Below the pieces are notes generated by a model. The model worked only from the letters and a program-made list of their open reading frames with translations. It had not been told where the DNA came from and made no database searches. 64,000 bases of DNA from the IMG/VR virus record IMGVR_UViG_3300031760_000050, positions 3,744-67,743 of that record, one strand, 5' to 3'. This document shows positions 18,963-28,800 of the stretch, one piece after another; within the stretch, counting starts at the first letter, position 1; each line of letters begins with the position of its first letter. Source of the stretch: a virus. Taxonomy: Duplodnaviria; Caudoviricetes. The position numbers and the translations under genes are program-made.

Positions 18963-19804
18963 TAGAACGGTATATCCTCAGGGAAATCATTCCCTCCAGT
19001 AGAACCACCAGTATCATTTCCACCATCGCTACCGTGACTTCCATAATTACTCTTGTATCCGCCGTATGAATTATCAACGCGATTGTAATTTCCACCACCG
19101 CCAAACCTAATGCCTTTGTGCATACCGTACATCAACTTACCTTCTTTCAGTGCCTGCTCAATCAACGTCACGAACGTAGCGAAGTCCAAGTGTCGCATGG
19201 TTGACGTAGAATACTGCTCGTTGGTTTTTGAGTTCTTGTATGCCAAGATTCCATCAGCACCGACACGAGTTCTGAATACAAACTGTTCAACTGTGTCTGC
19301 CCCTGGCGTATTACGCTCTTCTTTCGGTGTATAATGGTAATACAATGAGAACGCTTCGTTTCCATCACGGTTCGTTGTAATGCCAATACTAAGTGTAGCA
19401 TACACCTGTCCTGTTGTGAATGCCATGAACGGAATGTCTATGACATCTGTATTGAGAATCTGATTTCTCTGCTTTGCTGTCGGGTCACGCTGGTTCTGCA
19501 GATAAATCGTAATGAGATGACGGCACGCAATATACAACCTGTCAAGGTCTGACAAGTCAAGCGAACAAACCACAGGGTCTTTGAAATTCCAAGACCCACC
19601 ACCATTTCCACCTTGTGTGTCGGAATAGCTAACGAATCCGATACGGAACTTATCGTTTCCCATACCGAATGTCAACGCTTTTCCATTTGCGCCGAAAAGC
19701 GTCAGGTACGTTTCGTACACTGTTGACTTGGTGGGGCCGCCGTTCTGATTTGAGTTTCCACCACCGTTATTATTACCATTTCCGTAAGATGATTGATATG
19801 ACAT
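18962..19804 (-). CDS. Probable single-stranded DNA-binding protein
   Basis: G/N/S-rich linker and acidic C-terminal tip DFPEDIPF; next to DNA polymerase. Confidence 0.6.
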   Translation of the reverse strand: MSYQSSYGNGNNNGGGNSNQNGGPTKSTVYETYLTLFGANGKALTFGMGNDKFRIGFVSYSDTQGGNGGGSWNFKDPVVCSLDLSDLDRLYIACRHLITIYLQNQRDPTAKQRNQILNTDVIDIPFMAFTTGQVYATLSIGITTNRDGNEAFSLYYHYTPKEERNTPGADTVEQFVFRTRVGADGILAYKNSKTNEQYSTSTMRHLDFATFVTLIEQALKEGKLMYGMHKGIRFGGGGNYNRVDNSYGGYKSNYGSHGSDGGNDTGGSTGGNDFPEDIPF

Positions 19805-19854
19805 TGATATCCTCCATTGAGTTAGTTTATTTTTCTGCCGACAATAATTTTTGA

Positions 19855-21861
19855 TTATATCGACATCACTGTACTGTAATAACGCTCTGATTTGATTGTA
19901 TCAACCGGAGCACCAAGAGATGGAAGTAACGAGAATAATGGACCCAAGTGCTTACGCCAGATGTCCATGATATTCACGTATGGTCTAATCCATTCAGGTA
20001 TCGTCTCAAACCTAGTCGGTAATGCGATATACTTGATTCCGTTCTTTGACATCTTCTTGTCTGAGAAGAAGTTCTTCTTGAGGTTCTCATAAATCTCAGG
20101 ATAATTCTCCTGAAGCCAACCGAGGTCTTCAAGTTTACCCATATTCACGTCAATCATATTGAACGCTCCTGGTAACGTAACTGTCTTATCTTCAGTTGCT
20201 GCTAGGTAGACCATAACTGCAATAAACTTTGACTGAGATGTCGCGTCAGTATACGCTTCAGCATCCTTTACTTTGATTGGACTTGCGAACTTCGTTTCGC
20301 CATTCTTCAACGAATTGATGATTTCATCTCTGAACTTGTAAATCTCGCTAATAAATCCAGCCGGGTTAATTACTGGTCTATCGAGCGTAATATCAGTGAT
20401 GATTTTCTTATTTCGCTTAGTTACAATCATATTCTTTGACTTTGCATTGACGTTTCCGCCAGACATATTAACATCTGGCGGGTCAAGTACGCGACCTTCC
20501 TGAACGATAACTCGGTTCACATATGTCTTCTTAATATTTGGGAATGAAATGTAACGGTCCATTACTAATTCTGACTTTGCATTTATGAATGGCGCGTGCT
20601 CATCATCAACGTTCGCATTTCTCGTAAGTTCACGATACATCTTGTGAATGCCAACGTAGATTATACGAGTAATCATATTGACAATCTTCAGAATGAATGG
20701 AGTTCTCTTAATTAACTCGTTCATATTGATATCTTTTTCTTCGATGCCTTCAAGCCAATATAAAATCTTGAAAATCCACCAACCAACGTACACGAACACA
20801 GAGTCTGTATCTGAATACATGACTGTATTTCTCTGATGATTCTCGTACTTGAATACCTTACCGTATACGATATACTTAGGCATCAAGCAGAACTCTTCGA
20901 GGATATCCCAAACCCCGTTAAATTCAACCTCAATAATCTCAGGAACTTTATTAGAATCGTTCCACTCGATGAACTCGTTATCGTTAGTAACTTTTGAGAT
21001 AACACGAAGTACAGTTTCGCGAATCCTTGGATTATCAAACAGAAGTTCGCTCAAGCTACATTTGTAATACAGCTTTAGCATTTGGATTTGATCGAGGTTC
21101 TTAATTACCAGATGCATAATTCCTGGAATACGTTTCATCTCTTCTTTAGAGCCTTCGAACCTATCGAGAATCTTCTGGATAATCATATGCTCATCTGGGA
21201 TTTTGTCGATAAGCATTGCAAGATTCTTTTCCGGAAACCTTAGAGGCTCATTAATACACATCGTCACGAAATTCATAACATCGTCAAGATTGTCATAAAT
21301 TACGTGACTACCAATGAATCCTTCGATGAACCAACATGCTGCACTTATGATATTTCTACCCTGTGCCGTAATTGCACTTGCGCAGCTGATGTTATACGAG
21401 TATGAAATAGGAACCGCTTGAACGCCATAGGTTCCAGAGTTCATATCACGTTTAATTGTATTCTGTTGACGATTGAACTTATCCTTTGCGATGTCATCAT
21501 GTCGCTGCTTTGCTTCAAACATCTTATTCTTTGCAGCTGTTCTTTCAGCACGTAAATGATGAATGATTTTCAGCAACGGAGATTCCTGAACAGCGTGCTG
21601 AACGTACATCGAGCCATTACCAGTTACGATAGGTTTGGTTCTTATGATGTAATCTGCAATACTCAACAGGGTTGTTTGTTCTTCGAACTCCTCGTAAGTA
21701 TTGATTACCTTAACGTCTTGGTCTTTGATATACTTCTCAACTTCTTGCTTAAGGAAGTCGTCGAGGTAAGCGTCTGGAAGCTCCGGCATTGTAGCCTTGA
21801 GCATAGCTTTAGCCTCTTCTTTATAATGCTGTATGAAAGCGTTTTCATGAATACTCTTCAT
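19855..21861 (-). CDS. Family B DNA polymerase, catalytic (split) subunit
   Basis: KRDMNSGTYG (motif B), YSDTDS (motif C); no exonuclease or motif A seen. Confidence 0.88.
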   Translation of the reverse strand: MKSIHENAFIQHYKEEAKAMLKATMPELPDAYLDDFLKQEVEKYIKDQDVKVINTYEEFEEQTTLLSIADYIIRTKPIVTGNGSMYVQHAVQESPLLKIIHHLRAERTAAKNKMFEAKQRHDDIAKDKFNRQQNTIKRDMNSGTYGVQAVPISYSYNISCASAITAQGRNIISAACWFIEGFIGSHVIYDNLDDVMNFVTMCINEPLRFPEKNLAMLIDKIPDEHMIIQKILDRFEGSKEEMKRIPGIMHLVIKNLDQIQMLKLYYKCSLSELLFDNPRIRETVLRVISKVTNDNEFIEWNDSNKVPEIIEVEFNGVWDILEEFCLMPKYIVYGKVFKYENHQRNTVMYSDTDSVFVYVGWWIFKILYWLEGIEEKDINMNELIKRTPFILKIVNMITRIIYVGIHKMYRELTRNANVDDEHAPFINAKSELVMDRYISFPNIKKTYVNRVIVQEGRVLDPPDVNMSGGNVNAKSKNMIVTKRNKKIITDITLDRPVINPAGFISEIYKFRDEIINSLKNGETKFASPIKVKDAEAYTDATSQSKFIAVMVYLAATEDKTVTLPGAFNMIDVNMGKLEDLGWLQENYPEIYENLKKNFFSDKKMSKNGIKYIALPTRFETIPEWIRPYVNIMDIWRKHLGPLFSLLPSLGAPVDTIKSERYYSTVMSI

Positions 21862-21878
21862 GTAATCCTCCACAAGTA

Positions 21879-21890
21879 CATCATGTATTT
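21879..21890 (-). promoter_or_regulatory. Early-type promoter motif before DNA polymerase
   Basis: AAATACATGATG. Confidence 0.55.
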
Positions 21891-21923
21891 CTAAATGGTA
21901 TCTTATTTTTGAAACGCTCAACG

Positions 21924-21967
21924 AAAAAAAATAATGCGGAGACCCCCGAGGCATGGGGGTCTCCGCA
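21924..21967 (-). terminator. Intrinsic terminator
   Basis: tgcggagacccc/ggggtctccgca stem plus long U-tract. Confidence 0.85.
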
Positions 21968-22007
21968 CATTCCGGACTATGCGGATTTGCTAAAGTTCGC
22001 TGGGCCC

Positions 22008-22400
22008 TTAAGCGAACTTCTTAGCAGACCCGTCATTGCCCTTCCATTTGTCGTATGCGTTTTTCGCGCACACGCCGATTACAGCACCGCCCAAAATACA
22101 TCCTCCGACGATAAGGCCAATCTGGAGTTTCGTCAAATTAACGTCTCCGTCATCGTCGTCGTTTCCGCCCGCATAAATAACTGGCTGCTGAGGCTGCTGG
22201 ACCATAGGCATTCCCATGTTTCCTGCTGCAGCCATCTGCTGCATATACGCAGCCATATTGGGGTCCATGCTAGGATTACCCATCTGAGGTGCTGCGCCTG
22301 TACCCTGTGCGTTGTTTCCAAACTGAGGAGGAACGAATCCCATCCCCATTGCTGCTGCATTATTGCCCTGCTGGGCTCCAAAAGTTGCTGCCTGATTCAT
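22008..22400 (-). CDS. Q/G/M-rich protein with single C-terminal transmembrane helix
   Basis: LQIGLIVGGCILGGAVIGVCA followed by basic tail. Confidence 0.7.
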   Translation of the reverse strand: MNQAATFGAQQGNNAAAMGMGFVPPQFGNNAQGTGAAPQMGNPSMDPNMAAYMQQMAAAGNMGMPMVQQPQQPVIYAGGNDDDDGDVNLTKLQIGLIVGGCILGGAVIGVCAKNAYDKWKGNDGSAKKFA

Positions 22401-22455
22401 AATATCAGACCTCCTATATAAGATAATACCTTAAGGATTTTCCCTAAGATTCAAT

Positions 22456-22467
22456 TAAATGATATAT
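22456..22467 (-). promoter_or_regulatory. Early-type promoter motif
   Basis: ATATATCATTTA. Confidence 0.5.
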
Positions 22468-22534
22468 ATTTCCATAAGCTCTAAGATACAAAAATCCCTG
22501 AAATCTCAGGGTTTCTGAATATAGACTTATCTTT

Positions 22535-22546
22535 AACATTATCCTA
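22535..22546 (+). promoter_or_regulatory. Late-type promoter
   Basis: AACAttatccTA. Confidence 0.7.
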
Positions 22547-22569
22547 ATCTTTACGTTAGGAGGCAAATT

Positions 22570-23007
22570 GTGGCAGCCACAAACCAAAATATTGTAACAT
22601 TTGAGGCTGGCGATAAGGCTTTGGCTCTGGCTATGCTTGAATCGTCGTACTCATTCAATCCTACAGACGTACGCAACCTTGCAAATGCGGGAGCTATTTC
22701 TCTTGAAGATGCTTCCGGGCTCATAGAAAAAATGCGCTCAGAACCCGCCGATGGTAACAAGATTGAGAAACAGAACGTGCTTCATCTCAAGGCTGTTATC
22801 ATCACTGCAAAAGACAAATCTGACCCTGAGATTACGAGACTCCAGCAGCTCTACGATGAAGAGCAGCAGATTTATCAGAGTCTCGAATCAAAATACGGCT
22901 CAGAAGCTACCGTCAATTCAGGCGCAATGATTGGTAAGGTTATCGGAAGCCTTAAAAGCAACGAGAACGGGGTTGAAACCTGTAAGAAAATTGTAGACTT
23001 CAAGTAA
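22570..23007 (+). CDS. Probable virion protein, 145 aa
   Basis: KDKSDPEITRL...LESKYG pattern recalled from phiKZ-like virion proteins; late promoter. Confidence 0.55.
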   Translation: MAATNQNIVTFEAGDKALALAMLESSYSFNPTDVRNLANAGAISLEDASGLIEKMRSEPADGNKIEKQNVLHLKAVIITAKDKSDPEITRLQQLYDEEQQIYQSLESKYGSEATVNSGAMIGKVIGSLKSNENGVETCKKIVDFK

Positions 23008-23045
23008 AAAATAAACTCCCGGGCTACGGCCCGGGAGTCTTTTTA
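23005..23045. terminator. Bidirectional terminator
   Basis: actcccgggc/gcccgggagt stem. Confidence 0.85.
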
Positions 23046-23441
23046 GTAAGCTGCTGCCTGAAGTCTCAATCTCTGAAGATTACGGTACGAAGCATACTGG
23101 TATTTGATACCGACTTCATTTGCCCACTTGTCCATCTCGAAGTATGTCTGACGACACTCTCTTCGATACTTGACAGGACCATATTTTTCGCCCCAGTACA
23201 AGAAACGATACATCCAGTCGATTGTGTTTGACTGAATGAACTTTCTTGTGATGGTTGTATGGTCTGATTTTGCTTCAACTTCGATGACATGAACGTCCAT
23301 AGGAAGTCCATCTGACATAATCAATTCGCAACGAACTAGCTTGCGAGAAACATCTTCTTCGAGTTTCTCTTCATCAGTCATGCGAGCTCTTCTGAAGCTC
23401 TCCCGAATCTTAATGATAATCTCCAAATCAGATTCTGTCAT
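23043..23441 (-). CDS. Hypothetical protein, 132 aa
   Basis: GGTGAG SD, flanked by terminator. Confidence 0.7.
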   Translation of the reverse strand: MTESDLEIIIKIRESFRRARMTDEEKLEEDVSRKLVRCELIMSDGLPMDVHVIEVEAKSDHTTITRKFIQSNTIDWMYRFLYWGEKYGPVKYRRECRQTYFEMDKWANEVGIKYQYASYRNLQRLRLQAAAY

Positions 23442-23443
23442 AT

Positions 23444-23494
23444 TTACTCACCTTCCAAGATAGCGCTTGGTCGTAGAAGAATATAGAATACCAT
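23444..23494 (-). CDS. Micro-ORF, 16 aa (MVFYILLRPSAILEGE)
   Basis: GAGGA SD right after early-type motif; stop 2 nt before next ATG. Confidence 0.45.
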   Translation of the reverse strand: MVFYILLRPSAILEGE

Positions 23495-23510
23495 TCAGTA
23501 TCCTCAAGTT

Positions 23511-23522
23511 TATGATGTATAT
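23511..23522 (-). promoter_or_regulatory. Early-type promoter motif
   Basis: ATATACATCATA. Confidence 0.65.
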
Positions 23523-23570
23523 TTAGTGAAATAAAATAATACGCTCGGAGGCTTAGGCCTCCGAGTTTGT

Positions 23571-23948
23571 TTACATACATAGATGAAAGTGATACTGATA
23601 ATTCTCCTTGATATCAGCACCAGGAAACTGCTCAGTAGTTGTAATATACAGATGATGACACATCTTCGATTTTGCAAGCTCCATATTGAAAATATTTGGT
23701 TGTAAACTGCCGAAATAGTAGTGATAGGTCTCGTAATTTACATAGAACTCCATAGATACTGATTTATGCTCTTTTGAAATCTCAAGTTTAAGGGCTTTAA
23801 TTTCACCCGTATCTTTTTCGATAAAATACATTTTGAGGAACTTTGAGAAGTATTCATTCGCTAACTCATCAAGATTGTGACGAGTAGCTAACTGAGTATC
23901 AGTATTTGGACGACCGTGCCAGATTTTATTATCGTTATTGAAACCCAT
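23571..23948 (-). CDS. Hypothetical protein, 125 aa
   Basis: GGAG SD before ATG at 23948. Confidence 0.65.
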   Translation of the reverse strand: MGFNNDNKIWHGRPNTDTQLATRHNLDELANEYFSKFLKMYFIEKDTGEIKALKLEISKEHKSVSMEFYVNYETYHYYFGSLQPNIFNMELAKSKMCHHLYITTTEQFPGADIKENYQYHFHLCM

Positions 23949-24019
23949 AGTAGTTCTCCATGACAAAAAATAAAGGGTAGGCGCGACTGCGCCTACCCTA
24001 GTGTTTTTGATACTTAATC

Positions 24020-24892
24020 TTACACGATGATTGAACTCTTCGTGAAGTTTGGATTCTTGGCATTCTCGGCAATCACCTGCTCGATGAACACGCCAGATGA
24101 GTGAATAAGTTCTGAGATATCAAAGCTCGGTGTAATAGGATAAATCGGATAGCACCTGCGCTTCTCAATGAGTTCCCATAGCTTCGCGTAGTCAGTAGGA
24201 TGAGCTCCGACTGCTTTGAAAAGGTCTTTCTCATCGACAACCGAAATCATGTGACCGGGCTGGCAGTTGTCAGGGCACTGGTCGAGGTCACCATAGACCA
24301 CCCATTTACCGATGCACTTAAGCGGCTGAATAGAAGCAGCAATAGTTTCGCTAAACTTCATCTGCTCAGTAGCGAGTTTGACGTACTGCTTTTTCGGAAC
24401 AGAGTGATTCTTTCCATCTCTGCCTTTAATAGTCGACATCTCTGAGAAGATGTAATATGATTTGTTGAGTACATCAAATGTTACCATCGGAACTGCACCT
24501 GCTGGAACGACAGTTACAACACCTTCTTCGCAGACATTTGCGAGCGCTGCACGGTCTTTAATAATTTGCCACATTCCAGGCCAGTTATCCATGATAAGCT
24601 GGTTATGAAAATCATACTCGACGTCCAAGGTTCTTACTTCCATGTCAATAGAACCGTCGTCGTGGACGTTTGATTCTTTGACGGTAATAACGTCTACAGG
24701 ATTCTGCGGGTCGATTGCATTGACAATAGCGAATCCTTGTTTACCGTCGTCGAAGAATCTGTCAGCAGTTACGAGCTTGAACTTGCGGGCATTGCAAGTA
24801 TAAAGAACTGTAGGAATGAAGATATCCATAAGTTCACGTTCGCGTTTTGAAACGGTAACCACTTCACTAAATGATGTCTTTGAGGTATGCAT
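24020..24892 (-). CDS. Hypothetical protein, 290 aa
   Basis: AGGAG SD, terminators on both sides. Confidence 0.75.
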   Translation of the reverse strand: MHTSKTSFSEVVTVSKRERELMDIFIPTVLYTCNARKFKLVTADRFFDDGKQGFAIVNAIDPQNPVDVITVKESNVHDDGSIDMEVRTLDVEYDFHNQLIMDNWPGMWQIIKDRAALANVCEEGVVTVVPAGAVPMVTFDVLNKSYYIFSEMSTIKGRDGKNHSVPKKQYVKLATEQMKFSETIAASIQPLKCIGKWVVYGDLDQCPDNCQPGHMISVVDEKDLFKAVGAHPTDYAKLWELIEKRRCYPIYPITPSFDISELIHSSGVFIEQVIAENAKNPNFTKSSIIV

Positions 24893-24947
24893 TTAAGACT
24901 CCTATATAGATATAGAATAAAGCCCTGACAATCATCAGGGCGTTGAT

Positions 24948-25658
24948 TTATTTCACAAGCTCGAACTTCGGTGGGTCGATTGCTTCTGCAAACTCGCCTT
25001 CGCATACTGCGTCAGCGAGAGCCATGAAGTCATCGCCATCATCCATAAAGTCTTTATCTTCAAACTTCAGGTATGCGTCGTCGGATTCTCCCTCGTATCC
25101 GTTCGGACCGAAGTTTAAGCTACCCTCAATCCACGGATGAGCATCATTGTTGATAAACGAAGTAAATCGCTTGTCGTAGTCTTTGGTGTTGATTCCAGCA
25201 AGACACCTTGAGATAAACCCAAGAACCGCCTTGTGAGTAATCTTTGCGGCTGCATCTTTATCTGAAAGTGAATTCTCTTTCTTCTCTTCCGCAGCTGTTT
25301 CTTTCTTTTCGGCAGCAGACTTTTCTTTCTTTGCTTTCTTTCCGATAAGCATAGCAAGTTCGTCGTTGACGTTCTCCTCGCTCTCTTTGTCTGCGTCGTA
25401 CGGCTGGATACCTGCATCCTGAATGAGCGCAGAGTCAAAGCTCGTAAGCTCAATGTCAGATACGTGTCCATCGCCAATGTGATAACCCTCGAACACATTG
25501 AGGTCTGGTTCGCCAAGAGCCTGTGTGAGCTCTGCGGCACATGAGCCAAGCAACGTGTCAGTCAAGTCGAGATGTGCGAGGTCGATTTCTTCCCCACCGA
25601 TATCCCCGATACCGCCACCAAGTTCGAATGTCTCAAGATTCTGAACGATTTGGTTCAT
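24948..25658 (-). CDS. Highly acidic hypothetical protein, 236 aa
   Basis: AGGAG SD; D/E-rich throughout. Confidence 0.75.
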   Translation of the reverse strand: MNQIVQNLETFELGGGIGDIGGEEIDLAHLDLTDTLLGSCAAELTQALGEPDLNVFEGYHIGDGHVSDIELTSFDSALIQDAGIQPYDADKESEENVNDELAMLIGKKAKKEKSAAEKKETAAEEKKENSLSDKDAAAKITHKAVLGFISRCLAGINTKDYDKRFTSFINNDAHPWIEGSLNFGPNGYEGESDDAYLKFEDKDFMDDGDDFMALADAVCEGEFAEAIDPPKFELVK

Positions 25659-25796
25659 ATTTCAAACTCCTATAAAATAGATTTCTTGTCAATATTGAAT
25701 ATCAACAAGTAGTTTCAATTTTTGAGACGAAAGTCTCGTCTGTAACCTTTTGTTACACCCAAATTAATTTCTAATTTTCCATTTCACCTCCATATG

Positions 25797-25808
25797 AATG
25801 ATGTATTT
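25797..25808 (-). promoter_or_regulatory. Early-type promoter motif
   Basis: AAATACATCATT followed by GGAGGTG. Confidence 0.55.
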
Positions 25809-25849
25809 TTATCCAATATATGAAAATAATACGAAAGATTTAGCAGAAA

Positions 25850-25861
25850 AACACTGGATTA
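25850..25861 (+). promoter_or_regulatory. Late-type promoter
   Basis: AACActggatTA before the beta gene SD. Confidence 0.7.
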
Positions 25862-25893
25862 ACTTTAATAAACATTTTTTGTTGGAGGAATAT

Positions 25894-28800
25894 ATGCGAT
25901 ATCTCTCTACATACAGACAGCTGAAGATGTACCGCACAACGTCTTCGGGGTTTATGTTTGACCCTAAAGATAAAAAGAAACCTAAGGTCGGTACCGAGCT
26001 GATTATACTGAAACCCGGTTTGGATAACCTCATAGACATCCTCGAAAATAAGACGTTCTATCTCCGCTATTTCCAGTCATACTTCACTGAGAAGCTTACT
26101 CGACAGAAGATGATGACTGGCAAAATAATTACAAAGCGTCAGAAACTGGTTGATGTCTACGCAGACATCAAGAAACGTCTTCCGTTCATCAAGTTCACGT
26201 ACCTTGACCCTAAGCAGTACCAGAATAAAAACCTCATCTATGATACCAGCATTAAACTGAGTATGATAGATTATGTGCCTGTAGATAACCGTATGCGTTA
26301 CATTAAGCAAGTAAGTATGATTATTGACAGTCTCATTACAGACCCAAGATTTGCTAACTGGTCAAATAAGTACATCATCATGCAAATTGATTCTTCTGCG
26401 AGACCGATTGAGTCATACTATATGCGGCAGAATATTGCTTCGTTAAATCAGGTCATGCTTCATCGTCTCTTCTATATGCCCGAAACTCTCACCGAGTATA
26501 TCGGTAAGAAGTTTATCTTCATCAACCAGACCGGTATCTTTACTTGGTTTGAGTTGAAAGCTGAGCATCTTGCTGAAAAATCTCAGGAACGCAGTATTAT
26601 GATTCAGTCTCTTAAGAGATTCTTCAAAATTATGTACGCTTACAATGTATCCGATGTAGATGAAATCTCTCAGAGCGAAGATGCTTTCGAAGTTGAGACG
26701 AAAGAAGAAGCTGAACAAGCGGAATCTCCTTTTGAGTTGCGTGTAAACGCTATGGCTAATGCTATTTCGAAGGGCAATAAAGTTTCCGCAAACCGCATCA
26801 AGAACGAACTCATTGATTCTGAGGGCGAACCTGAAGATGTCGAAGATGAAGAAACCTATGATTATGACGAAGCTGCAGATGATGAAGATTCAATCCTCAA
26901 TACTATAGAGAAAAACCGCAAGGCTATCTTGAAAGAAGAGGAAGAACTCGCAAAGTCTGCTGAAGAAGAGCGTGTTGATGAAGACATTGCTGAGCTCGAC
27001 AAGAACTCTATGGAGATTACTGATGCTCTTGAGAATCCTGACGATTACATTGACGAGGAAATTGAAAAAGAAGCTGAGAAGGTAGTCAAGAAAGCAAAGA
27101 AAACTCAGGTTCCTCGGCAGCACACTGAGAAAGAACTCAAGAGAATCAAAGAGCTTGAGGATAACTTCCAGTCTATTAAGGTTCAAGGTGATTCGGAGCA
27201 TAGAGATTTCAAGAAAATGCTCAAAGACTTCGAGGCTATTCAGTTCCCGACGAAAGATCTTCCTGTAGACGGCGTTAATGCTTCTATCAAACAGACTTCA
27301 GCTCATGATTTCACTGTGCAGTACGAAAAGAAAATGCTTGACGCTACTATTGTAGCTATCATGAAGCAGTTTGAGAATAACAAAGAAATCAAGCTCATAT
27401 GTACTGGAATGAAAAAGGAAGATGTTTCCGATAACCTCAATGCGATGTGGAAATACACGTTCGAGTTTGAAGATGAGTTCGGCAAGAAACACAAGATTGC
27501 ATACAACGTGCCGAAACTTGTGAATGGAAAGTTCTTTTACATCGCGGGCGTCAAGAAGATGCTTGAAACTCAGATTGCTCTGATTCCTGTGGTAAAACTT
27601 GGACCTGAACGTGTTAATATCCAGACTGCTCATAACCGTATGGAACTGACTCGTTTTGGAACTACACGTTCATTCGATCCGAAGATTACCGCACTCAAGA
27701 AATACATCGACCACATGATTCCGGGTAATGGAAAGTTTGGCATTACCGTAAAGATTGGTAATTCAAGCGCAATGAACTTGAATTACCCAACAACGCTTGA
27801 GTATGATAACTTGAGCAAATCGTACTATCTCATCACAGTTGAAACCGAAGATAAAAAGTCTGGAGTAACGTTCATGTTTAACCAGCACGATATCCGTCTT
27901 ATGATGGAAGATGCTGGAATTAACTACGTTGACAAGCCAAACTCATTTCCAGTTGCTATTACACACGACCGTAAAGTCATCTCGATAAACAGAAATACTG
28001 GTACTGATACTGAGGGTAAACACTGCGGAGTTACCGATTTGATTGTCAGCGCAATCAAGAAGTTCTCAAAAGCTCCTGATGTTGAAACGTATTTTGGACA
28101 GGTTTCTGTACCAAAATCATACACATATACAAGACTCTTCTACATCAGTCGCAATATTGCATTTGGAGTATTCCTCGGATATCTGTTCGGATTGGAAACT
28201 CTTATGCAGCGCATGAGTCTGAAGTATGAGTTTACTCCAACACGTAAGCACTTTACAAACCGTGCGGACAAACTCAAGCAGCATTGTATCGTTTTCAAAG
28301 ACGGATTTTTGTACTACGATGTAAATCCGGTGCGTAATTCGTTGATTATGAACGGTATCAACGCTGAGATGAACTGTGCGAACTATAACTTCGCTGATAT
28401 GAATGAACCGGACCCGTACCTTGATGCTATGCAGGAACTCTTCAGAACCAAACAGATGGCTAAAGGTTACATCGCTGCTCGTGAGTTTATGATGGACCCA
28501 ATATCAGTCGAGGTTATGAAATACCTTGGCTTGCCGTATGAATTCTTAGACGTTATGCTGTATGCAAACTCATTGCTTGCAGATAATTCTTCAAACGACC
28601 CTAAGTCTATGAAGATTAACCGTCTGAGAAAGATGGAAGTAATTCCTCTGTTGATGTATAAATCAATGGTCGAATCTTTCATGAAGTACCGTAACCGTCA
28701 GAACCGTAAAGGTTCAACGATGAGTGTTGATGAAAATGACGTTCTCAAGCGTATTATGGATTCTGGTGTATGTAACGACTATGACACTTTGAATCCTGTG

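Noticed and set aside
25798-25893. ORF-track start of the beta subunit (similarly extended starts at 9957, 13363, 21954, 34021, 45276)
   Set aside because: Extensions lack an SD and span the promoter; a downstream SD-preceded ATG is better supported
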